A stretch of 64,000 nt of DNA from Balanoglossus misakiensis (Eukaryota > Animalia > Hemichordata). Below, one piece after another: positions 1 to 13,163 of the stretch (positions are counted from its first letter, which is position 1; every line of letters begins with the position of its first letter). Position numbers and translations under genes: made by a program. The notes beneath the pieces are model-generated. The model was not told the origin of the DNA. It saw only the letters and a program-made list of their open reading frames with translations, and ran no database searches. The stretch spans positions 992,001-1,056,000 of the forward strand of contig CM082590.2 of NCBI GenBank assembly GCA_040954595.2, given 5' to 3'.

Positions 1-155
1 TTGTTTTGGACATCCATAACAAGGGGAGTCTTTCGGCTACATCACCGCAGCATGTGGGTTATTGTGGCAAACCACTCTACTAAACCAATTATCTGGTGCA
101 ATTGATATATTATTCTAGCCACATGCATCTCTTACTGCAGCAGAGCCTGTGCTGA

Positions 156-1551
156 GGGACTGTTCAGTTTTTACGGCGGGGATAGGCAACAAAATCCAGG
201 AGGTCACATAAATTTTGATATCAAAAGGGGGGGGTCATCTTTTTTGAGATATTGAGGGGGTCACATGCTTTTGCCCCCCAAAGGTTGGTTTTCAGTCCAC
301 AAAAATGCAGTTTCGAGCCCTTTAGTTAACAAAATTTTCTATAACCACCTCTATTCTTTGCAACATTTCATTTATTGGTGGTTTATCAAGTGAACCATAG
401 CAGAGTACTTGCTACCCCCCACCCCTACGGATGCTAAGTTTGAGTGGCAAAAGTAAAATTCGTCCTTGCGTATATTGAGTTGATTTGTTTTTAAGTAAAT
501 TAAAATGCAACTTTGAGGTCCGTATTTTACACCCACTCCCCCACACACTTTTCACTTGTTAAGCTCTGCTGTCACTTGTGTCAGCCAAGCTGTAGCAGTA
601 TGTTGATAAGTGTCTGTCCTTCGTCCGTCCCTCCGTCGTCCGTCAACTTTTGGTATTTCAATCTTCTTCTTTAAAACAACTTAGCATATTTAGCTGAAAT
701 TTGGTTGGAATGTGTGTTATGTTGCCCTTAACTGATTTTGTTAATTTGGATTTGATGGGGTCATGAATATGCAAATTAGATCTAAAATAGAAGTTTTGGT
801 AACAATCTTCTTCTCCACAATTACATGTACAATGGAGCTGAAATTTGGTAGGAATGTGTGTTATGGTGCCCCTACCTGATTTTGTTAATTGGAATTTTGT
901 TGGGGTCATGAATATGCAAATTAGAACATTGGTGCTTTCTTTTGATGTTGTTCTTTAGGATTCAATTCTTTCTTTCTTTAGCACAATGAATCAAGCTGAA
1001 TTTGGATAAATACTTGTGATGACTTAAATACTTGTGATGTCTATGTTTGGTTTTGTTCAATAGAATACAATTGTTATGAATTAAAACCTAGGGTGTTCAT
1101 ATCATTGCCCAGGTTACACTGTTAAAGTCAGCAGAGCTCTTTTGACCGTTAGGTCACTTGTTTGTTTATACTAATTCTACCTACCATTGTATTGACCTAT
1201 CATTTTGATTTATTCTTAGATTTTTTATTACAACACCATAATGTACTTTTTTATACCTCAATTGTAAATTTCGGTAAGAATTTTAATGAGTGAGGAGGTG
1301 TGGGGAACATCTTTCCCTTTATTGCATACAGTACACATAAGATCAGGATGTCGAGCATGCTGTTGGAAACAGCTGTTTTCCTCCACAAGTAGTTGTGTAA
1401 TGTTTTCAGGGAGGTCATCCTATTTTCTTGCCTGTCAAACAGGAGGTCATCATTTTTTGTCCTGGGTGAAGGGGGGGGGTCTGCCTGATTTTGAAAGCCG
1501 ATGACACCAACTTGCTGACTCTCCCCAGCCATAAAAAAACTGAACAGTCCC
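156..1551. mobile_element. Non-autonomous TIR element (MITE, PIF/Harbinger-like) with a nested insertion
   Basis: TIR GGGACTGTTCAGTTTTT at 156 and AAAAACTGAACAGTCCC ending at 1551. Flanks are TGA/TTA, a TWA-like 3-bp TSD with one mismatch. No coding capacity. Confidence 0.65.
559..1162 (+). mobile_element. Non-autonomous Helentron-type (HINE/pearl-like) element
   Basis: Subterminal inverted repeat AGCTCTGCTG (562) / CAGCAGAGCT (1129). (CGTC)n-like microsatellite at ~612-644. Two ~144-bp central repeats (660, 804). 3' stem-loop TGACC-GTTA-GGTCA followed by CTTGTT, with T-rich flanks. Confidence 0.7.
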
Positions 1552-2565
1552 TTATGACTCGTTGATGGGACACAACGGAACCAGCACTGCATCATGATAA
1601 TCAAGTGCTGTGGAAGTACATGTACCTAAGAAAATGTAGCATATGCACGAGACCTCGTCTACAGTGTGACAGTAATAGATCACCCTGTTATCTTAAAAAA
1701 GCCCCACAATCAATGCAATTGCAATGAATATCCCAAACAGTTAACACTACTGGAAGAGTCATTGATTTTAATTTCTGGAGGGGCTGAAGGATTTGTGTAT
1801 CATTTGTGTATCACTCTAAAAACAAAAATTTAAATTTGTTGATGAATGCCAGCAAAAAGCAGATGACCTGCTCACTTTTTGTGAATATTTAAGCCTCTGT
1901 GTAGCGTCGATTTAAATGACAAAAATGCTAAAAAAAAGAATGAGATTCACCATCTTTTGTGACAATGTACGTTTGATTTTTTTTACTCCACACCATAAGC
2001 CAGCATTTTTCTCTCCAAAAATCCCCATCCCCTTTATCGCATAAACAATGGGGCTAAATATTTACATGTATTTATAGATAAAATTCAGACTATGCTACTA
2101 TACAGAGGGTTACTTATAATTACAGTTTTCATGTTTGTGCTACATTTTCTAAATGTATGTGTTCCTCTGTAATTACTCAGCATTATTGCCTCTTGTTGTG
2201 CTCCTGGTTCGGTATTAGTAATATCTACCCTTATGTTATCCACGTTGCCAATGCCCAGCCATGCCACTGACACAACAAAGCCCTATACCCATTGCTGGGA
2301 ATTGTGATCTAACTGGTATCCCCTTGAAGTCAATCTCAAATTGTGTTTATCTGTTGATTGGACACAGGATATACATGATTAACTTCAATAAAGGATTGGT
2401 AACATTTCAAAGAAATAAGCCCAGTTTTCATTATAATACAGACGCTAGTCCTCAGAATGCTGGGGTCCCTGTGACCCCCTCCTCTTGGAAATAAGGCGTC
2501 GCGCCACCACTATGCATGACAGGCAAAGAGAATTGCAGAGCGCCATCTAGTATTCAACAAAGGTT

Positions 2566-2757
2566 ATGAACATAAAAATGGTTTTCATAAACACAAAAAT
2601 GGATTTCATGAACACAATAATGATTTTCAAGAACACAAACATGGATTTCATGAAAACAAGAATGATTTTCAAGAACACAAACATGGATTTCATGAAAACA
2701 ATAATGATTTTCAAGAACACAAACATGGATTTCATGAAAACAAACATGGTTTTAATG
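2566..2757. repeat. 42-bp minisatellite (~4 units)
   Basis: Unit AATAATGATTTTCAAGAACACAAACATGGATTTCATGAAAAC. A shorter copy lies at ~16866-17005. Confidence 0.9.
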
Positions 2758-3229
2758 AATTGTCAACACTTGGCTTGCCATTTAAGACTGTGTTCAATTT
2801 CGTCATCAATTGTTTGAAAACACACAGGACATCCCCAGAGCTAAGTTACCCCAGCAATCAGTTTCATCTCAGCTTGCAAATGGGGACTTGTCTTGTGTTC
2901 GTTCAGACTGTCTGTAGTCGTGTTGACAGTCTTTTGTGCTTAATGGTGAACCTAGAAATCTTCTTTCCTTTGAATTGATATAGGCCCCATGAACAATTTC
3001 AGCTTATTTGCCAATGTGGTAACGCAGTGCCATTAATCTAATTTGCATAATCAAAAATGGCCGCCAAATACCTCCTCTGAAATAAAATCTGATCTATGTA
3101 TCTCAAAATCATGTGTTATATCTATAAGTCAGGTTTTGCATTCATATTGGTTCGTTAAACCCTGGTGCGGGGTAAACCCTCGGAGATAGGTGCCGTTAAT
3201 CCGAATTTTTGGTAAGGAAGGTTTGAGAA

Positions 3230-4900
3230 GTCCAGACTATGTAAAAAATGGTGATGATTCAAAAAAAGTCACTCTTATTGACCCCACTCAAGACAAAATT
3301 GCCATTTTGGCCTATTTAACCCAAAAAGGTCATTTTTAGAAAACACTAAAAACACACTGTTTTCGTCACACTCTGAGATTTGATGACATAAGATATGTTT
3401 ATTCTATGTAAAATTTAGTGAATAATACGAAAAAAGCAGTCAGATTGACCCAAAACAACACAGAATTGTCTTTTCGACCATTTTTTGCCCCAAAAAACGT
3501 CATTTTTAGAAAAAAATTAAAACACATAGTTTTCTTCATAATGATTTATCTGGGAATATATGGAAAGTCAATTCTATGTTAAAAGTGGTGACTCTAAAAA
3601 GTAAAGCAGTTTTTTGACCTCAATCAATACAAAATGCCATTTTGGGCCATTTTTTAAGGTTAAAAAAGGTCATTTTTACAAAAAAACTAAAAACAAAGTG
3701 TTTTCTTCATATTCAAAGATCATTTGATATATCGAAATGGTCATTCTATGTAAAAATTTGTGCTGATTCCAGAAATAGCAGTCTAATTCACCCTACTCAA
3801 GAAAAATGCCATTTTTGCCACTTTTTGCCCAAAAACGTCAATTTTAGAAAAAAAATCAAAACTTATATATTTTCTTCACTTTCGGAGATCTGATTATGTA
3901 TTATATGCCCACCCTATGTAAAATTTGGTGATTATTCAAAAAAGAAAAGTTTTATTGAACCAACCTAATGCAAAAATGCCCTTTTGGAAATATTTTGCCC
4001 AAAAAGGCCATTTTTAGAAGAAAACAAAATAAAAACAGACTTTTCTTCATAAAGTTCAAAGATCATGTGATGTATGAAATGTCCCTTCTATGTAAAAAAT
4101 GGTGCTGATTCCAGAAATTGCAGTCTTATTGACCTTACTCAAGACAAAATTGCCATTTTTGACTCTTTTTGCCCAAAACGTCATTTGTAGTAAACACCCA
4201 AAGCTTACATATTTTCTCCACTTTCGGAGATCTGATAATGTATTATATGCCCACTCTATGTGACAAATTTCCAAAAAAGCAGTTTTATTGATGCCGCTAA
4301 AGATAAAAGGCCCAAAAAGTGGCATTTCTACAAAATACTAAAAATATGCCATTTTCTTCCCATTGGTGATCTAATGATAAATAAAAGTATATTTTATCTT
4401 GAAAGTAGTGACATTTAAAAACCCCACTCTTATGCCATTTTCTTCCCATTGGTGATCTAATGATAAATAAAAGTATATTTTATCTTGAAAGTAGTGACAT
4501 TTAAAAACCCCACTCTTACTGACCCAACAGAGGGAAAAAGTACCATTTTGGCCTCTTTGCTCAAAAAGGTAACTGTGAGAAAAAATAAAAACAAACTTAT
4601 TTCTTCATTTTCAGAGCTCTTGTGATTATGGAAATTCCTGTCTTTTGGCAAAAAATATGCTGATACCAGCACAACGGTCTTATTGAGACACCCCGCTTAG
4701 TACAAAATTGCCAATTAGCCATCTTTTGGTCAACAATAGTCATTTTCAGAAAAGAAATATAATTGATGTTTTTGCCTTTTGATTTTATATCTATATTTAA
4801 AATGTCATAACCATATAATATCAATTGAATTGTAGATGTTGAAAGACAGAGTTGCCAAAATTTGGCACATTTAGCCCAAAACTGAACTCAACAATAAGAC
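3230..4900. repeat. Degenerate ~170-bp tandem repeat, including an 86-bp near-perfect tandem duplication (4345/4431)
   Basis: Anchor CTATGT(A)AAA recurs at ~3237, 3404, 3573, 3746, 3914, 4088 and 4256, with shared AAAATGCCATTTT...CCCAAAAA motifs. A second copy lies at ~17480-19140. Confidence 0.75.
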
Positions 4901-5249
4901 GATCCATGTTGATAGCAAATCAGAAAGCTATTCCTAAGCTTCACGGTATTTTACAAAAGTTTGTAATGTGGGAGAGGGACACACCCTCTACAACCAGCCC
5001 TTCATTCTCCGCCACATTTCATTTATTTACTGGTTTGTCTAGTTTACCAGGGAAGAGTACTTGCCAGTTGACCCACACCCACCAATGCTAACTTTGAGTG
5101 GAGTGGCAAAAGTAAAACCCTCTTGAAATCATGTTGTTTTAGGGCCATGAGATAAAACACCCGATTTAGCATTCTGTTTCATCTCATTCATACTGTGCAT
5201 ATATAATACCGGATCAGCGCTTGGGCCCGACAATGCTGCTTGCAGCTTT

Positions 5250-5298
<49 letters not shown>

Positions 5299-8200
5299 GT
5301 TAAGGGGTTTAAAGAATTATATAAACAATCTATCAATTTAATAAGCACGGGTGGATTTCCTGTACAATCATTCGTGATACTTCAGATTCATAAAGACAAC
5401 ATTTTTCAAAGTGGCCTATGTATCTAAAATTGCAGACGACGTTTCAACGCTTTCAGTTGGAGATTTTCTACCTAATATTCACAAAAAGACCTCGGGTATT
5501 GTTAAACACTATTTAAAACCTTGTTACCCAGTGAGTCTGGTGGCGTGTGTACGACAGATCTGAGGTACAAAACTTCGCTCGAAACCCAACACGAGTTGGA
5601 GACCGAGTTTATTTACGTACAACATTGTAGCAATTTTTCGTATGTTTGCGCGCGCTCTGAAATCACGCGATGTCAACTGAGTGTGAACGAGCTGTTTCGC
5701 GTCGTGTCGTCTGCCCAGTTTTCGTGGCTAAAACGACAGGAATAATACCCCAGTTGGCTTTAGAATTGCACATATCATGAGATTTGAGCGCCATAGAAAC
5801 CGCAGATATCGTGGAACAGGAAGGTTAGTGTTAAAATTATTGTTTTTAATCAAAGTATTGACCTCTGAGTTATGCTACGTTTGTGTCGGTGTCAAACGGA
5901 CGCAATGTTTACAATGTACAAGGCAGCCAAATAGAATCAGATAAATGAAGAAATGTTATCACGATACTTTGGATTTCGTGTTATTATTTCTCGGGAATTT
6001 TATTGTTTTCTCAGACGAGGTGACAGGACAGACACACGAGGCATCTCGCGGTTCCGTTTTCAATGTTGAATTTTATGTTTTGGCTGTATTTGCGTGTCAG
6101 CTGACAGGTCTTCGCATTCATCAGAAGCTATCGTGCGTCGCTGAGATTTGATTCTTCATAGACGAAAATTATTTCATAACCATACCAAATAAAACATTTC
6201 CAGAAATTTAGAAGTTTGCAGACTTTTCTGCTAGTTGTCTATTTAGTGTTGAAGTCACGCTGAACTGCCAAATTTAACACAGACTCGCTGTCAATACTCA
6301 AACAGTGTACTTCTACGAGTGTGTCCTGTAACTGCCTTCCTTCAATAACCCATGTCATACAACAACAAATAGACGGTAAACGTTTATGCAATACCAATGA
6401 ATTTATGTTTTAAAACTGGTCGACAGTCTGGAAATGCATGAACAATCGATTGATTGGATTCCTTAACGATACTATTGTATCTTGTATTTTTTTGTAGTTA
6501 CACTGTGGAAATCGGCAGGCAGCATTGCCAGTTTTTCTGCACATGCGCAGTTCCTCTGTCTTGAAAGAAAAGTCAAATTTCACCAACTTATTATTGTGCA
6601 TTCGGAAAATAAACCCCAAATATTTTCTTTGTGAACAAAAATACTGCCAGTGTGATTTTGTGTTCAAATCCAACCAATTATTATGTAAATTGACTTGTGA
6701 TACCCTCTCTTAGCACAAAAAGCATAATTTCAGCCCCAAAATGGTTGCCATAGAAACATGTGATCACTAAACGGATATCATTTTTGTTCTTATTGAGCCA
6801 AGAAACCCCTATGGTGAAATTTTTGTGGAAATCGGTCCTATTATTATTAAAATTATTATTTTTATATAATTCTTTATTTAACTAGTTAAGGGGTTTAAAG
6901 AATTATATAAACAATCTATCAATTTAATAAGCACGGGTGGATTTCCTGTACAATCATTCGTGATACTTCAGATTCATAAAGACAACATTTTTCAAAGTGG
7001 CCTATGTATCTAAAATTGCAGACGACGTTTCAACGCTTTCGGTTGGAGATTTTCTACCTAATATTCACAAAAAGACCTCGGGTATTGTTAAACACTATTT
7101 AAAACCTTGTTATCCGGTGAGTCTGGTGGCGTGTGTACGACAGATCTGAGGTACAAAACTTCGCTCGAAACCCAACACGAGTTGGAGACCGAGTTTATTT
7201 ACGTACAACATTGTAGCAATTTTTCGTATGTTTGCGCGCGCTCTGGAATCACGCGATGTCAACTGAGTGTGAACGAGCTGTTTCGCGTCGTGTCGTCTGC
7301 CCAGTTTTCGTGGCTAAAACGACAGGAATAATACCCCAGTTGGCTTTAGAATTGCACATATCGTGAGATTTGAGCGCCATAGAAACTGCAGATATCGTGG
7401 AACAGGAAGGTTACTATTTAAATCATTGATTTTAATGGAAGAAATGACCTGAGTTATGCTACGTTTGTGTCGGTGTCAAACGGACGCAATGTTTACACGG
7501 CAGCCAAATAGCATCGGAGAAATGAAGAAATTTTATCACGATACTTTGGATTTCGTGTTATTATTTCTCGGGAATTTATTGTTTTCTCAGACGTGGTGAC
7601 AGAATAGACACACGAGGCATCTCGCGGCTCCGTTTTCTATGTTGAATTTTATGATTTGACTGCATTTGCGTGTCAGCTGAAGGGTCTTCGCATTCATCAG
7701 AAGGTATCGTGCGTCACTGAGATTTGATTCTTCCTAAACGAAAATTATTTCATAACCATACCAAATAAAACATTCCCAGAAATTTAGAAGTTTGCAGACT
7801 TTTCTGCTAGTTGTCTATTTAGTGTTGAAGTCACGCTGAACTGCCAAATTTAACAGACTCGCCGTCAACACTCAAAAAGTGTGTACTTCTACGAGTGTGT
7901 CCTGTAACTGCCTTCCTTCAATAACCCATGTCATACAACAACAAATAGACGGTAAACGTTTATGCAATACCAATGAATTTATGTTTTAAAACTGGTCGAC
8001 AGTCTGGAAATGCATGAACAATCGATTGATTGGATTCCTTAACGATACTATTGTATCTTGTATTTTTTTGTAGTTACACTGTGGAAATCGGCAAGCAGCA
8101 TTGCCAGTTGTTCTGCACATGCGCAGTTCCTCTGTCTTGAAAGAAAAGTCAAATTTCACCAACTTATTATTGTGCATTCGGAAAATAAACCCCAAATGTT

Positions 8201-8456
8201 TTCTTTGTGAACAAAAATACTGCCAGTGTGATTTTGTGTTCAAATCCAACCAATTATTATGTAAATTGACTTGTGATACCCTCTCTTAGCACAAAAAGCA
8301 TAATTTCAGCCCCAAAATGGTTGCCATAGAAACATGGGATCACTAAACGGATATCATTTTTGTTCTTTTCGAGCCAAGATACCCCTATGGTGAAATTTTT
8401 GTGGAAATCGGTCCTATTATTATTAAAATTATTATCTTTATATAATTCTTTATTTA

Positions 8457-8536
<80 letters not shown>

Positions 8537-9898
8537 TAACAGTTTAGGGGGTTTAAAGAATTATATTATATAATTTATTTATTTAATAGCACAGGTGGAT
8601 TTTCTGTATAATCATTCCTGTTTCTTGAGCGCTAAAGACATCATTTTTCATTTAGTTCAAGTGTATCATGAAGATAGGCCTATATCTAAAAATGCAGACA
8701 ATTCAACGCTTCCGGTTGGAGATTTTCCATTTATACACAAAAAACACGGGTATAGTTAATACTATTTAAAACCTTGTTACCCGGTGAGTCTGGTGGCGTG
8801 TATACGACAGATCTGAGGTACAAAACTTAGCTCGAAATCTAATGGGAGTTGGAGACCGAGTTTATTTACGTACAACATTGTAGCAACTTTTCGTATGTTT
8901 GCGTGCGCTCTGAAATCACGCGATGTCAACTGAGTGTGAACGAGCTGTTTCGCGTCGTGTCGTCTGCCCAGTTTTCGAGGCTAAAACGAGAGGAATAATA
9001 CCCCAGTTGGCTTTAGAATTGCACATATCGTGAGATTTGAGCGCCATAGAAACCGCAGATATTGTGGAACAGGAAGGTTAGTGTTCAAATCATTGTTTTT
9101 AATCGAAGTATTGACCTCTGAGTTATGCTACGTTTGTGTTGGTGCCAAACAGACCCGATGTTACACAGAAATATTATCACGATACTTTGCCTTTCGTATT
9201 ATTATTTTTCGGGAATTTTATGGTTTTCTCAGACGAGGTGACAGAACAGACACACAATGCATGTCGCGGTTTTGTTTTCAATGTTTAATTTTATATTTTG
9301 ACTGTATTTGCATGTCAGCTGATGGGTCTTATTGAGACACCCCGCTTAGTACAAAATTGCCAATTAGCCATCTTTTGGTCAACAATAGTCATTTTCAGAA
9401 AAGAAATATAATTGATGTTTTTGCCTTTTGATTTTATATCTATATTTAAAATGTCATAACCATATAATATCAATTGAATTGTAGATGTTGAAAGACAGAG
9501 TTGCCAAAATTTGGCACATTTAGCCCAAAACTGAACTCAACAATAAGACGATCCATGTTGATAGCAAATCAGAAAGCTATTCCTAAGCTTCACGGTATTT
9601 TACAAAAGTTTGTAATGTGGGAGAGGGACACACCCTCTACAACCAGCCCTTCATTCTCCGCCACATTTCATTTATTTACTGGTTTGTCTAGTTTACCAGG
9701 GAAGAGTACTTGCCAGTTGACCCACACCCACCAATGCTAACTTTGAGTGGAGTGGCAAAAGTAAAACCCTCTTGAAATCATGTTGTTTTAGGGCCATGAG
9801 ATAAAACACCCGATTTAGCATTCTGTTTCATCTCATTCATACTGTGCATATATAATACCGGATCAGCGCTTGGGCCCGACAATGCTGCTTGCAGCTTT

Positions 9899-9947
<49 letters not shown>

Positions 9948-12900
9948 GTTAAGGGGTTTAAAGAATTATATAAACAATCTATCAATTTAATAAGCACGGG
10001 TGGATTTCCTGTACAATCATTCGTGATACTTCAGATTCATAAAGACAACATTTTTCAAAGTGGCCTATGTATCTAAAATTGCAGACGACGTTTCAACGCT
10101 TTCAGTTGGAGATTTTCTACCTAATATTCACAAAAAGACCTCGGGTATTGTTAAACACTATTTAAAACCTTGTTACCCAGTGAGTCTGGTGGCGTGTGTA
10201 CGACAGATCTGAGGTACAAAACTTCGCTCGAAACCCAACACGAGTTGGAGACCGAGTTTATTTACGTACAACATTGTAGCAATTTTTCGTATGTTTGCGC
10301 GCGCTCTGAAATCACGCGATGTCAACTGAGTGTGAACGAGCTGTTTCGCGTCGTGTCGTCTGCCCAGTTTTCGTGGCTAAAACGACAGGAATAATACCCC
10401 AGTTGGCTTTAGAATTGCACATATCATGAGATTTGAGCGCCATAGAAACCGCAGATATCGTGGAACAGGAAGGTTAGTGTTAAAATTATTGTTTTTAATC
10501 AAAGTATTGACCTCTGAGTTATGCTACGTTTGTGTCGGTGTCAAACGGACGCAATGTTTACAATGTACAAGGCAGCCAAATAGAATCAGATAAATGAAGA
10601 AATGTTATCACGATACTTTGGATTTCGTGTTATTATTTCTCGGGAATTTTATTGTTTTCTCAGACGAGGTGACAGGACAGACACACGAGGCATCTCGCGG
10701 TTCCGTTTTCAATGTTGAATTTTATGTTTTGGCTGTATTTGCGTGTCAGCTGACAGGTCTTCGCATTCATCAGAAGCTATCGTGCGTCGCTGAGATTTGA
10801 TTCTTCATAGACGAAAATTATTTCATAACCATACCAAATAAAACATTTCCAGAAATTTAGAAGTTTGCAGACTTTTCTGCTAGTTGTCTATTTAGTGTTG
10901 AAGTCACGCTGAACTGCCAAATTTAACACAGACTCGCTGTCAATACTCAAACAGTGTACTTCTACGAGTGTGTCCTGTAACTGCCTTCCTTCAATAACCC
11001 ATGTCATACAACAACAAATAGACGGTAAACGTTTATGCAATACCAATGAATTTATGTTTTAAAACTGGTCGACAGTCTGGAAATGCATGAACAATCGATT
11101 GATTGGATTCCTTAACGATACTATTGTATCTTGTATTTTTTTGTAGTTACACTGTGGAAATCGGCAGGCAGCATTGCCAGTTTTTCTGCACATGCGCAGT
11201 TCCTCTGTCTTGAAAGAAAAGTCAAATTTCACCAACTTATTATTGTGCATTCGGAAAATAAACCCCAAATATTTTCTTTGTGAACAAAAATACTGCCAGT
11301 GTGATTTTGTGTTCAAATCCAACCAATTATTATGTAAATTGACTTGTGATACCCTCTCTTAGCACAAAAAGCATAATTTCAGCCCCAAAATGGTTGCCAT
11401 AGAAACATGTGATCACTAAACGGATATCATTTTTGTTCTTATTGAGCCAAGAAACCCCTATGGTGAAATTTTTGTGGAAATCGGTCCTATTATTATTAAA
11501 ATTATTATTTTTATATAATTCTTTATTTAACTAGTTAAGGGGTTTAAAGAATTATATAAACAATCTATCAATTTAATAAGCACGGGTGGATTTCCTGTAC
11601 AATCATTCGTGATACTTCAGATTCATAAAGACAACATTTTTCAAAGTGGCCTATGTATCTAAAATTGCAGACGACGTTTCAACGCTTTCGGTTGGAGATT
11701 TTCTACCTAATATTCACAAAAAGACCTCGGGTATTGTTAAACACTATTTAAAACCTTGTTATCCGGTGAGTCTGGTGGCGTGTGTACGACAGATCTGAGG
11801 TACAAAACTTCGCTCGAAACCCAACACGAGTTGGAGACCGAGTTTATTTACGTACAACATTGTAGCAATTTTTCGTATGTTTGCGCGCGCTCTGGAATCA
11901 CGCGATGTCAACTGAGTGTGAACGAGCTGTTTCGCGTCGTGTCGTCTGCCCAGTTTTCGTGGCTAAAACGACAGGAATAATACCCCAGTTGGCTTTAGAA
12001 TTGCACATATCGTGAGATTTGAGCGCCATAGAAACTGCAGATATCGTGGAACAGGAAGGTTACTATTTAAATCATTGATTTTAATGGAAGAAATGACCTG
12101 AGTTATGCTACGTTTGTGTCGGTGTCAAACGGACGCAATGTTTACACGGCAGCCAAATAGCATCGGAGAAATGAAGAAATTTTATCACGATACTTTGGAT
12201 TTCGTGTTATTATTTCTCGGGAATTTATTGTTTTCTCAGACGTGGTGACAGAATAGACACACGAGGCATCTCGCGGCTCCGTTTTCTATGTTGAATTTTA
12301 TGATTTGACTGCATTTGCGTGTCAGCTGAAGGGTCTTCGCATTCATCAGAAGGTATCGTGCGTCACTGAGATTTGATTCTTCCTAAACGAAAATTATTTC
12401 ATAACCATACCAAATAAAACATTCCCAGAAATTTAGAAGTTTGCAGACTTTTCTGCTAGTTGTCTATTTAGTGTTGAAGTCACGCTGAACTGCCAAATTT
12501 AACAGACTCGCCGTCAACACTCAAAAAGTGTGTACTTCTACGAGTGTGTCCTGTAACTGCCTTCCTTCAATAACCCATGTCATACAACAACAAATAGACG
12601 GTAAACGTTTATGCAATACCAATGAATTTATGTTTTAAAACTGGTCGACAGTCTGGAAATGCATGAACAATCGATTGATTGGATTCCTTAACGATACTAT
12701 TGTATCTTGTATTTTTTTGTAGTTACACTGTGGAAATCGGCAAGCAGCATTGCCAGTTGTTCTGCACATGCGCAGTTCCTCTGTCTTGAAAGAAAAGTCA
12801 AATTTCACCAACTTATTATTGTGCATTCGGAAAATAAACCCCAAATGTTTTCTTTGTGAACAAAAATACTGCCAGTGTGATTTTGTGTTCAAATCCAACC

Positions 12901-13105
12901 AATTATTATGTAAATTGACTTGTGATACCCTCTCTTAGCACAAAAAGCATAATTTCAGCCCCAAAATGGTTGCCATAGAAACATGGGATCACTAAACGGA
13001 TATCATTTTTGTTCTTTTCGAGCCAAGATACCCCTATGGTGAAATTTTTGTGGAAATCGGTCCTATTATTATTAAAATTATTATCTTTATATAATTCTTT
13101 ATTTA

Positions 13106-13160
<55 letters not shown>
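4676..13160. repeat. 4,649-bp-period tandem duplication (4676-9324 repeated from 9325 to ~13160)
   Basis: Identical ORFs at offset 4649 (4852/9501, 5521/10170, 8101/12750). Junction microhomology GGTCT at 4676 and 9325. Confidence 0.95.

Positions 13161-13163
<3 letters not shown>

Larger units (their letters stand above)
1672..5260. repeat. Segmental duplication block, copy 1 (copy 2 at ~16008-19470)
   Basis: Near-identical sequence and ORF translations at offset 14336 (2085 vs 16421), then 14248 after an 88-bp deletion in copy 2. Confidence 0.95.

Noticed and set aside
2547-2817. 14-aa repeat protein
   Set aside because: A 42-bp minisatellite is open in several frames simply because its length is a multiple of 3.
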